Assembly (NCBI GenBank): GCA_049661965.1
Contig: JBATAS010000245.1
Coordinates: 538 to 64,537, forward strand
Source: Ferruginibacter sp.
Lineage (GTDB): Bacteria > Bacteroidota > Bacteroidia > Chitinophagales > Chitinophagaceae
Length of the DNA stretch: 64,000 bases
Reading direction: 5' to 3'
The position numbers and the translations under genes were made by a program. Of this stretch, positions 8,903 to 17,335 are shown in pieces (position 1 is the stretch's first letter; each line of letters opens with the position of its first letter). The notes beneath the pieces were generated by a model that saw nothing but the letters and a program-made list of their open reading frames with translations, did no database searches and had not been told where the DNA came from.

Positions 8903-10429
8903 ATGGATATTAAGAAAATTAAAACCTTAGGTGAATTAAAAAAGAGTGGCTATGTTTCAAAAAGCATCAAGCAGGAGATTCGTGAAAATCTTATTACAAA
9001 AATCAAAGCAAAAGAAAACCCTTTCCCTGGCATATTAGGTTATGAAGATTCTGTAATACCAGATACTGAAAGAGCATTGTTATCACAACACAATATTCTG
9101 TTTCTGGGTTTACGTGGTCAGGCTAAAACAAGAATGGCGAGGCAGATGATTGATCTGCTGGATGAATATATTCCTGTTGTTGCAGGCAGTGAGATCAATG
9201 ATGATCCATTTCATCCGGTTTCACGTTATGCTATTGATTTGATTGATGAGAAAGGAGATAATACACCTATTGCCTGGTTGCATCGCAGTCAACGGTATGG
9301 AGAAAAACTGGCAACGCCCGATGTAAGTGTTGCTGATCTTATCGGTGATATTGACCCGATAAAAGCAGCCAATCTAAAATTAAGTTTTGCCGATGAACGG
9401 GTATTGCATTATGGCATCATTCCAAGAAGCAACCGCAGTATCTTTGTTATAAATGAATTACCCGATCTGCAGGCAAGGATACAGGTTTCGCTTTTTAATA
9501 TTTTAGAAGAAGGTGATCTGCAGATTCGTGGTTTTAAGTTAAGATTACCGCTTGATGTATTGTTTGTATTTACTGCCAATCCCGAAGACTATACAAACCG
9601 TGGGAGTATTGTAACACCGCTTAAAGACAGGATTGAAAGCCAGATACTCACCCACTATCCAAAATCTTTAGAAACAGCTTTAGAAATTACTGGCCAGGAA
9701 GCTGCAATAAATGACGCACAAAAACAAAAAGTAAAAGCAAGCGATCTTATAAAAAGATTAATTGAGCAGGTATCTTTTGAAGCCCGTGCCAGTGAACTGG
9801 TTGATAAGAAAAGTGGTGTTAGTGCAAGGCTCAGTATCAGTGCCTATGAAAACGCCATCAGTGCTGCCGAAAGAAGAGCCATCATTAATGAAGAAAAAGA
9901 AACACAGGTTTGGCTGAGCGACTTGATCGGCATCATTCCATCCATCACCGGAAAAATAGAATTGGTTTACGAAGGTGAACAGGAAGGACCATACCAGGTT
10001 GCATTTAATTTGCTGGAGCGCTCCATCCGCACTCAGTTTGGTTTATACTTTCCTAACCCCGATACTTTAAAAAAGAAAAGAACTAAAGAGGCTGTTCCTG
10101 ATGATAATCCATACCGTTCAATAACGCGTTGGTTTGATGCAGGCAATACTTTAAATACATTTTTTGAAACTAAAGATGAAGACAAAGTACAATTACTATA
10201 TAACGTAGATGGCCTGCATGCATTGGTAAAAAAATATTTTAAAGCAGCTAATGATAAAGAAAATGCTTTGCTCATGGAATTTGTGTTGCATGGGCTTGCT
10301 GCACATTCACTCATCAGCAAAAAAGTGCTGGAAGGAAAAATTGAGTTTAAGGATTTGATGGGCAGCATGCTGAATATAGGTTCGCAGCATTATAGCGAGG
10401 AAGATTTTGATGAAGAGGATTTTAATTGA
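8903..10429 (+). CDS. AAA+ ATPase, magnesium-chelatase-like family
   Basis: Walker A GLRGQAKT, Walker B-like FVINE, TANPEDYTNRG, LKDRI. Confidence 0.88.
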   Translation: MDIKKIKTLGELKKSGYVSKSIKQEIRENLITKIKAKENPFPGILGYEDSVIPDTERALLSQHNILFLGLRGQAKTRMARQMIDLLDEYIPVVAGSEINDDPFHPVSRYAIDLIDEKGDNTPIAWLHRSQRYGEKLATPDVSVADLIGDIDPIKAANLKLSFADERVLHYGIIPRSNRSIFVINELPDLQARIQVSLFNILEEGDLQIRGFKLRLPLDVLFVFTANPEDYTNRGSIVTPLKDRIESQILTHYPKSLETALEITGQEAAINDAQKQKVKASDLIKRLIEQVSFEARASELVDKKSGVSARLSISAYENAISAAERRAIINEEKETQVWLSDLIGIIPSITGKIELVYEGEQEGPYQVAFNLLERSIRTQFGLYFPNPDTLKKKRTKEAVPDDNPYRSITRWFDAGNTLNTFFETKDEDKVQLLYNVDGLHALVKKYFKAANDKENALLMEFVLHGLAAHSLISKKVLEGKIEFKDLMGSMLNIGSQHYSEEDFDEEDFN

Positions 10430-10500
10430 TTTATGCGCTGAATCAGTTTTTTACTAATTGAATCAAGCAAAGACAGCTAAATTGTTTCTTAAATTCACAC

Positions 10501-10538
10501 AAAAAATACTAAAGTTTAAATCTTTAGTATTTTTTTTA
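10501..10538 (+). terminator. AT-rich hairpin, possible terminator
   Basis: AAAAAATACTAAAG-TTTAAAT-CTTTAGTATTTTTT. Confidence 0.45.
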
Positions 10539-10587
10539 TATTTTGATGATACCTGCCCTGATTCGTAAATCATCAAAATAGAATATC

Positions 10588-11994
10588 ATGAAATGTCTTT
10601 CATTTTTTTTATTCGCTTTCTGCTTCATGTTTCAGCTTAAAGCCCAAAACAATCAAAACCCCTCTCCTATAATTTTTATTTACGATGCCAGTGGCTCCAT
10701 GTGGGGTAAGATACAGGGTAAAACAAAAAAAGATATTGCGGCTGAGGTGTTGACTGCAGCCGTAAATAAACTTCCGGCAAATCAAAAAACAGGATTGGTT
10801 GCTTACGGTCATCGTCAGAAAGATGATTGCAAGGATGTAGAATTTTTGGTAGACGTTGAAAAAGGAAATAAAACAGATGTCAACAATTCACTAAAAACAA
10901 TTAAGTCGCTGGGCAGAACACCGCTTGCTTACTCGGCCCAACAGGTTATTGATAAACTAAGAACTACTAAAATGAAAGCGACCATCATTTTAATTACTGA
11001 TGGTATCGAATCATGCGGAGGAAATATCTGCGACGTAATTGCAGCAGCCAAAAAAGAAGGCATTGATTTTAAATTGCACATTGTAGGTTTTGGATTAAAG
11101 GAAAATGAAACGGAGCAACTGAAATGTGCAGCTAAAGCCGGTGATGGACGTTACTATGATGCTGCCGATGCCGGTGGCCTTGGTGATGTACTCAATGATG
11201 CAACAACCGAGTCGGTTGATAAACCTAAAGGAAATATTTCGGTGTATGCCTTAAAAAACGGCAAACCCATTGATGCCTATGTAAAAGCAATAATGAAAGG
11301 AAAGAAAAGAGGTGACGCAGTTGCACGTACTTACCGGGATACTGTTTTATTTTACCTGCAGCCGGGCACTTACAATCTGGAAGTTCTTCCACTGGAAGGC
11401 TCTAAGATAAACCCGCTAACCTTGACTGATGTGCTGACTGTTGATAAAAAGATAACACACCGTACGGTAAGTTTTGATGGCGGGAAGCTTACGTTTACTA
11501 CCACCAATAACAATGAAGGCTGGGACTGCCTGGTAAAAATATATAAGAAAGGTACTAAAACAGTAGCTGCTACAGGCCGTACATACGGACGTGACAAAGA
11601 TTTTGAGCTTAATGCCGGCATATATGATATAGAACTTACAGCCCTGGTGATAGAAGGAACAGAAATAATCCACAGCATGAAAAATGTAGAGATCAAGGCA
11701 GCAGAAACAAATAAGATCAGTCACAATTTTAATTCAGGAGTAGCTATGATTGGCGCAAAAACAGGCAGTGGGTATGTAGATGCTTCAGTAAAAATTACAG
11801 AAATTAAAAGTAAAAAAATTGTTGCCTACGGCAGAACATATATGGCAGCCAGCAGCAACCCCAAAAAGTTTTTACTTAACCCCGGCACATATGAAGTTTC
11901 GCTAACCGGTCTTGGTGCAAACAAGGGAAAAAATGACAAATATATTATTACCGTTAAAGCCGGAGAAACTGTTGAAAAGATTTCAAACTTATAA
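10588..11994 (+). CDS. Secreted vWA domain protein with C-terminal beta-sandwich repeats
   Basis: Signal peptide; MIDAS DASGSM, GRTPLA, ITDGIESCGG; three repeats ending in (P/A)G.Y. Confidence 0.85.
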   Translation: MKCLSFFLFAFCFMFQLKAQNNQNPSPIIFIYDASGSMWGKIQGKTKKDIAAEVLTAAVNKLPANQKTGLVAYGHRQKDDCKDVEFLVDVEKGNKTDVNNSLKTIKSLGRTPLAYSAQQVIDKLRTTKMKATIILITDGIESCGGNICDVIAAAKKEGIDFKLHIVGFGLKENETEQLKCAAKAGDGRYYDAADAGGLGDVLNDATTESVDKPKGNISVYALKNGKPIDAYVKAIMKGKKRGDAVARTYRDTVLFYLQPGTYNLEVLPLEGSKINPLTLTDVLTVDKKITHRTVSFDGGKLTFTTTNNNEGWDCLVKIYKKGTKTVAATGRTYGRDKDFELNAGIYDIELTALVIEGTEIIHSMKNVEIKAAETNKISHNFNSGVAMIGAKTGSGYVDASVKITEIKSKKIVAYGRTYMAASSNPKKFLLNPGTYEVSLTGLGANKGKNDKYIITVKAGETVEKISNL

Positions 11995-12090
11995 TCTGAA
12001 CATACGGTATGCTTTGATTTTCGCAATGGTATAAAAACTTCTGTATACCAATCTTTGGTTAAATGTTACAAAAAAATCCTAATTTAAAGC

Positions 12091-13881
12091 ATGAGAAAAA
12101 TAATTTTCATCCTTTGCTGGGTTTGCATTTCTGTAACTGTCCAATCACAAACTGCTTTAATAGATTCTTTCAAAAATGTTTTAGCCAAGGCTACTTCCAA
12201 TGAAGAGAAAGTATCTACACTTGGCTTCCTTAGTCGTGTACTGATGAACTTGAACCCAGCCGAAGCCGACAAATACGGGCTTCAAATGATTGAAGTGGCT
12301 GAAATGTCTCGTGACCGCAAACTGATGGTAAAAGCCTTACTTACCAATGGTGAGCGTCATTCATACCTGGCCGGGAAAAAAGAAAATATACTTAAAGCCA
12401 CCAGTTATTACACACAGGGGCTGGAACTTGCTAAAAAGAATAAACTGGATGAAGAGATAATAGAAGCATATCTGAGTTTATCAACGGTATCCCGTTATAT
12501 TCCCGATCCGGATAAGGCATTGAATTATTGTAATCAGGCATATGCTCAGATTGGCTTTATAAAGAATGACAGTATTACTGCAAAAGTTCACCTTGAGTAC
12601 GGTACCGTGTACCTGAGTAAAAATGAAAAAATACTGGCTCTTAAAAATTTCATGAATGCCTTACGCTTAGCCGAAGATTTAAAAAATGAATACCTCTTAC
12701 GGGCAGTATATGTTAATCTATCGACCTTTTATGCAATGATTGAAGAGTTAGATAAGGCAATAGATTACCAGGTGAAGGCATATGAAACACTTAGTAAAAT
12801 AAAAAATGGTCAAACAGTTTATAACCGTATTCAGGATCTTGCCCAAATAGGTGATTTGTATGGCAAAAAGAAAAGTTATGATTTGGCCATGACATATTAT
12901 GAGCATTCGCTGAGTCTGGCCGATTCTGTAAATTTTCAACCGATAAAAGCCATTGCTTACCGAAGTATTGTAAATAATTATCTGGCTGCCGATAAGCCTC
13001 AAAAAGCATTGGACTATTTCAATAAGCAGCCACAGCTCAAGCAATTTTTAAACTCAATAGGTTTCGGGCACTTTATTGATCAGTCTTATGGATATATCTA
13101 CTATAAACTTGGCAACTACGATTCGGCAAAATATTATTACAATAAAGTGGCCCCGTTTTTTGAAAAAGATGTAACCAAAGGGAACAAGCTAAATTATTTT
13201 TACCAGTTAGGGCTTATACACAAGAAGGCGAAGGAGTATGACAAATCGCTGGAATATTTTTTAAAATCCAAAGAACTGGCAGCAGACATTGGTGAATTAG
13301 AAACCATGAGCGGGGTTGCCGGCGAACTCGATTCGCTTTACCAGTTTAAGGGAGATTATAAACAATCCTATTATTATGCTTCGCTGAATCATACTTATAA
13401 AGACAGTTTGCAAAAACTGGGAAAAGAAAAAGACCTGTTGCAGATTGAAGTGGGAGATGAACAGCAACGGCTGGATCGGCTAGTAAAAGAAAAACTGGAA
13501 GCAAAACGCAAACGGGATAATATTCAATACATGTTGATTACTATTGGTATTGTAAGTCTGTTTATTTTAATGGTGATGATGGGTATGTTTAAGGTTTCGG
13601 CAACAACTATTAAGATGATTGGGTTCTTTTCGTTTCTGATGTTCTTCGAATTTATTTTCCTGATATTTAAAAAGAATATTTACAGCTTTACTAAAGGCGA
13701 GCCCTGGAAAGACCTTTTATTTATGATAGCCCTGGCAGCCATTCTGCTGCCGCTTCATCATTGGGTGGAACATAAAGTAATACATTATTTGACTTCGCAT
13801 AACAGGCTTACCAATTCGGGAAGGAGTTTAAAAGAAAGGCTTTTCAGGAAGAAGAAAGTGGTTAAAGAAAATAAGACTTAA
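12091..13881 (+). CDS. TPR repeat protein with C-terminal 3-helix membrane domain
   Basis: Signal peptide, TPR-like A..YY..AL repeats, three hydrophobic segments near the C-terminus. Confidence 0.8.
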   Translation: MRKIIFILCWVCISVTVQSQTALIDSFKNVLAKATSNEEKVSTLGFLSRVLMNLNPAEADKYGLQMIEVAEMSRDRKLMVKALLTNGERHSYLAGKKENILKATSYYTQGLELAKKNKLDEEIIEAYLSLSTVSRYIPDPDKALNYCNQAYAQIGFIKNDSITAKVHLEYGTVYLSKNEKILALKNFMNALRLAEDLKNEYLLRAVYVNLSTFYAMIEELDKAIDYQVKAYETLSKIKNGQTVYNRIQDLAQIGDLYGKKKSYDLAMTYYEHSLSLADSVNFQPIKAIAYRSIVNNYLAADKPQKALDYFNKQPQLKQFLNSIGFGHFIDQSYGYIYYKLGNYDSAKYYYNKVAPFFEKDVTKGNKLNYFYQLGLIHKKAKEYDKSLEYFLKSKELAADIGELETMSGVAGELDSLYQFKGDYKQSYYYASLNHTYKDSLQKLGKEKDLLQIEVGDEQQRLDRLVKEKLEAKRKRDNIQYMLITIGIVSLFILMVMMGMFKVSATTIKMIGFFSFLMFFEFIFLIFKKNIYSFTKGEPWKDLLFMIALAAILLPLHHWVEHKVIHYLTSHNRLTNSGRSLKERLFRKKKVVKENKT

Positions 13882-13882
13882 A

Positions 13883-14353
13883 ATGAAAAAATATACTTTT
13901 CCATTATTGTTCATTGTAATACTTACCGGCTGCGCTGAATCTAAAACAAGACTAACAGTTTTATTTGACAGGGTTGATGGACTGACTGTTGGCTCTGATG
14001 TACAGAATAAAGGAATTAAAATTGGAGAAGTAATAAAGCTTGAACTTTTTGAAAAGTTGGTTTTAGCCAATCTTGAATTAAATCCAGAGATTCGAATACC
14101 AGTGGATTCTAAATTTACTGTTGTTCATGGTATATTGACAGTTACTTCAATTGATGTTGAATTTTCTGATAAAACAAATTATCTAACCATAAAAGATACA
14201 TTGCGGGGAAAGTATCTTCCAAAGACTTTAATTGATGATCTGATTTCTGATACGGCTAAAAAAAGACAAATTGAAAATTCATTACAAAAAATTACTGAAG
14301 GAGTTGAGGAAATAGTTGAAACTGTAAGAAAGGATTCATCAACTAAAAGATAA
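13883..14353 (+). CDS. MlaD/MCE domain protein (lipoprotein-like signal)
   Basis: DGLTVGSDVQNKGIKIGEV MCE signature; ILTGC lipobox. Confidence 0.8.
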   Translation: MKKYTFPLLFIVILTGCAESKTRLTVLFDRVDGLTVGSDVQNKGIKIGEVIKLELFEKLVLANLELNPEIRIPVDSKFTVVHGILTVTSIDVEFSDKTNYLTIKDTLRGKYLPKTLIDDLISDTAKKRQIENSLQKITEGVEEIVETVRKDSSTKR

Positions 14354-14376
14354 ATAATGGATATATTCACCTGCTT

Positions 14377-15405
14377 CTAAATAATGTTCACCTCTCTCTC
14401 TAAAACCACGCCAAATCTCTTTTTCACACTCTCTAATATTTCTTCACTTAAATCATATATCTCACTGCCGTTTGCATTACCATAATTAATCAATACCAAT
14501 GCCTGTTTTTCATGACAACCGGTATCGCCTTTGCGATAACCTTTCCATCCACATTGTTCAATTAACCAACCGGCAGCAAGTTTTACATTACCATTTGGCA
14601 AATTATACCCAACAATTTCTGGAAAATTATCTTTTAGAATTTTGAATTTTGAATTTTGAATTTCGGGGTTCTTGAAGAAGCTCCCTGCATTACCAATTTC
14701 GGCAGGGTTAGGCAATTTGCTGCTGCGGATATTTATAACAGCCTGTGATACGGCTTGCAAACTTAAATTCTTAATACCCATCTTCTCCAGTTCCTGTTCA
14801 ACAGCACCGTAAGAAATATTGTAATTGGAAATTTTATTCAGGCGATAAGTAACATCAGTTATTACAAACTGATCTTTAACCTTTCTTTTAAACACAGATT
14901 CACGATAACCAAATTCACAATCATTTAAACTGAAGTTGACAATCTTTTTGTCTTTGACATGATAAGCCTCAAGCGAATAGAAAACATCTTTTATTTCCAC
15001 ACCATAGGCTCCAATATTCTGCATAGGTGATGCACCAACATTCCCTGGAATCAAGGAAAGATTCTCCACCCCGGCCCAGCCTTTTTTTATACAATGCAAA
15101 ACAAACTGATGCCAGTTCTCCCCTGCACCAACCTGCACATACACATGGTGCTCATCTTCTTTTATTTCTTTAATGCCCTTCAGTTCATTTTTTAAAACCA
15201 GTCCTTCAAAATCTTTGGTAAAAAGGATATTGCTGCCGCCACCGAGGATAAGGCTTTTAGGTTTGCGGTTTGTGGTTTGTGGTTCAGCAAACTCAAACAG
15301 CTCACCCAGTTCATCTATTGATTTAAATTCAGCAAAGAATTTTGCTGCCGCGTTAATACCAAATGTATTGTATTGCTTTAGCGATATATCTTGTTCTACT
15401 TTCAT
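14377..15405 (-). CDS. murB: UDP-N-acetylenolpyruvoylglucosamine reductase
   Basis: LGGGSNILF, IPGNVGASPMQNIGAYG, GNAGSFFKNP, LEREVN. Confidence 0.97.
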   Translation of the reverse strand: MKVEQDISLKQYNTFGINAAAKFFAEFKSIDELGELFEFAEPQTTNRKPKSLILGGGSNILFTKDFEGLVLKNELKGIKEIKEDEHHVYVQVGAGENWHQFVLHCIKKGWAGVENLSLIPGNVGASPMQNIGAYGVEIKDVFYSLEAYHVKDKKIVNFSLNDCEFGYRESVFKRKVKDQFVITDVTYRLNKISNYNISYGAVEQELEKMGIKNLSLQAVSQAVINIRSSKLPNPAEIGNAGSFFKNPEIQNSKFKILKDNFPEIVGYNLPNGNVKLAAGWLIEQCGWKGYRKGDTGCHEKQALVLINYGNANGSEIYDLSEEILESVKKRFGVVLEREVNII

Positions 15406-15465
15406 TTTAGTTTTTCTGCTGATACAAAGACTGTCTGCTTTTAAAAATCAAACAACAGACTAAAG

Positions 15466-15473
15466 CAAAAGTA
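15466..15473 (-). promoter_or_regulatory. Bacteroidota -7 promoter element upstream of murB
   Basis: TACTTTTG on the minus strand matches TAnnTTTG. Confidence 0.5.
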
Positions 15474-15598
15474 ACAAAACTATGCTGTGAGAAAAAAAGG
15501 AGCAGGATTTCTGCAAGGCAGGCAGTTTAATAGTATTCCGATACTGAAGCAAATTCCTGATTTTTATATTTAAACACTCACACCTGATTAAAATCAGC

Positions 15599-16009
15599 TT
15601 ATTCTTCAACCCTTTTATCAAAATAGTTTCTGAGGTAAGTTATCTGTACAAACAGCATTACTGTAAGCAAAGCAACTGCATAGAACGTAATTGTTGAAAA
15701 CTTAAATACACGCAAGCTTTCCGAAAGGCCGTTACTTACAATACCAAGGTCAAAGCTTGTCAGCCAGCTTCCGGTCTGGGTATCTGTATTAAAAATAACA
15801 TACAGTGCTAATGCACTAATGCTTCCAAAAATAATAAACCAGGTCCTTTTTGAAATTAAAGGCTTGTAAACCGTAACCTTATCCATTTCAGTTTTATGCA
15901 CTTCCATCATGAGCTTTGCTGTAAACTCAGTCGATGGTGACTCCGGTGAAGCTTTCTTCATCAGTTTATCAACAAATCTTTCGAGGTTTTTATCTTTGTT
16001 CACTTTCAT
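15599..16009 (-). CDS. Putative membrane anti-sigma factor
   Basis: Overlaps the 3' end of the ECF sigma gene; SPS..FT...M N-terminal motif plus two TM helices. Confidence 0.7.
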   Translation of the reverse strand: MKVNKDKNLERFVDKLMKKASPESPSTEFTAKLMMEVHKTEMDKVTVYKPLISKRTWFIIFGSISALALYVIFNTDTQTGSWLTSFDLGIVSNGLSESLRVFKFSTITFYAVALLTVMLFVQITYLRNYFDKRVEE

Positions 16010-16580
16010 AATGTTCTGTCATTTCGGTTTCCAAATGTGTTTTTACAACAGCAGCCAGTTTTTTTCTGCTTCGGTAAAGTTTTATTTTAATATGGTTGGC
16101 ATTGGTACCCATTATTTTTGCAATCTCTTTAGCGGATTCTTCTTCAAAATAAAACAAGGTCAGTAAAAAACTATCTTCACCAGGTAACAAATTTAAACAA
16201 TCCTGTATTAATTGTGTGCGCTCTTTTGCTTCCATGCCGTCAAGTGCGTTATCTAACGATGTTACCTGTTGTTCTGTGTAATCATCAATGGCAACCACAT
16301 GTTGTGCCCTTTTATTTTTTCTGATACGGTCTAAACAGGTATTATAAGTTATAGTGTACAACCAAGTAGAAAATTTAGACTCTCCTTTATACTTAGCCAG
16401 CGATCTGTAAACTTTTATAAACGAATCCTGCGCTGCTTCCTCGGCTTCTTCCCTGTTCTTCAGCATTTTTAAGGTTAAAGAAAATACCATACCCTTATAC
16501 TGATCAGCCAATACCGCAAAAGCATTGGTATCTCCGTTAATTACGAGATTGATATAATGTTGATCATCTATATTAGCCAT
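15990..16580 (-). CDS. ECF RNA polymerase sigma factor (SigW-like)
   Basis: AEEAAQDSFIKVY, FSTWLYTITYNTCLD (region 2), EIAKIMG..IKIKLYRSRKKL (region 4). Confidence 0.93.
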   Translation of the reverse strand: MANIDDQHYINLVINGDTNAFAVLADQYKGMVFSLTLKMLKNREEAEEAAQDSFIKVYRSLAKYKGESKFSTWLYTITYNTCLDRIRKNKRAQHVVAIDDYTEQQVTSLDNALDGMEAKERTQLIQDCLNLLPGEDSFLLTLFYFEEESAKEIAKIMGTNANHIKIKLYRSRKKLAAVVKTHLETEMTEHYESEQR

Positions 16581-16594
16581 ATATTACTTAATAA

Positions 16595-16620
16595 GACGAC
16601 ATTAAACCGGTTCAGGTTAC
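16595..16620 (-). promoter_or_regulatory. ECF-type promoter GTAACC-N14-GTCGTC driving the sigma gene
   Basis: Minus strand GTAACCtgaaccggtttaatGTCGTC; identical motif and spacing on the opposite strand at 16649-16674. Confidence 0.7.
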
Positions 16621-16648
16621 GGCTTCAGAAAAATATTTTAAAAATACT

Positions 16649-16674
16649 GTAACCTCCTTTAAACTGCCGTCGTC
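16649..16674 (+). promoter_or_regulatory. ECF-type promoter GTAACC-N14-GTCGTC driving the DUF6249-like gene
   Basis: GTAACCtcctttaaactgccGTCGTC. Confidence 0.7.
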
Positions 16675-16722
16675 ATAACCTATGAAACCAATTAAAATTA
16701 AACAATAAAAAAACAAAAAGCC

Positions 16723-17067
16723 ATGGAAGCAGCATTCGTATTCATCAGCCTGTTCATCGTAATTTTCGGGATCAGCTACCTTTATTTATCCAGCAGGAAC
16801 AAAGAACGCCTGGCACTTATAGAAAAAGGTGCAGATGCCAGTATATTTATGTCGGGCAAACAGCGCACAGCACCTATCTGGAAAGTATTCATTCTTAACC
16901 TGTCTCTTTTATTAATGGGTATAGGTGTTGGAGTTTTTATAGCATTACTGCTGTCAACCTACACATCACTAAATTCTGATGGAATTTACCCCGCTACCAT
17001 TTTCTTTATGGCAGGAGTGGGCTTATTCATCGGGTTTAATATGACGAAGAATCTGGATAAAGAGTAA
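16723..17067 (+). CDS. Small membrane protein, DUF6249-like
   Basis: RNKERLALIEKG motif plus three TM helices; divergent from an ECF sigma gene. Confidence 0.75.
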   Translation: MEAAFVFISLFIVIFGISYLYLSSRNKERLALIEKGADASIFMSGKQRTAPIWKVFILNLSLLLMGIGVGVFIALLLSTYTSLNSDGIYPATIFFMAGVGLFIGFNMTKNLDKE

Positions 17068-17107
17068 CCCCGTTTATATCCCGGAATAAATATTTATTAG
17101 CGCTGGT

Positions 17108-17151
17108 AAGCTGCACCAGGTAAAACTAAGTTTTGCCTGATGCAGCTTTTT
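17108..17151 (+). terminator. Intrinsic terminator
   Basis: AAGCTGCAcCAGGTAAAAC-TAA-GTTTTGCCTGaTGCAGCTT then TTTT. Confidence 0.75.
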
Positions 17152-17222
17152 GTTTGTATATAATACTCCTGTTCTGCTAATTTCCATTACTGTCAAAAAT
17201 TATAATTATAAATCAACCGGAT

Positions 17223-17254
17223 ACCGTAAACTAACAGAACTCAACCGTAAACTA
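17223..17254 (+). promoter_or_regulatory. Putative LytTR binding site (11-bp direct repeat, 21-bp period)
   Basis: ACCGTAAACTA at 17223 and 17244; a LytTR regulator is encoded two genes downstream. Confidence 0.55.
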
Positions 17255-17335
17255 CCTCAACGGTATACAAACCAAAATCTTTGTTTCTTCTTTGCTGTAC
17301 AAAACAAAAAATTCATTCACCAACTAATTATTATT

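Noticed and set aside
8903..10429. True magnesium chelatase (bchI/chlI) implying phototrophy
   Set aside because: No tetrapyrrole or photosynthesis genes are present; the protein fits the generic AAA+/vWA pair
17150..17335. 62-codon N-terminal extension of the fibre ORF in the track
   Set aside because: Spans regulatory DNA; the signal peptide starts at ATG 17336
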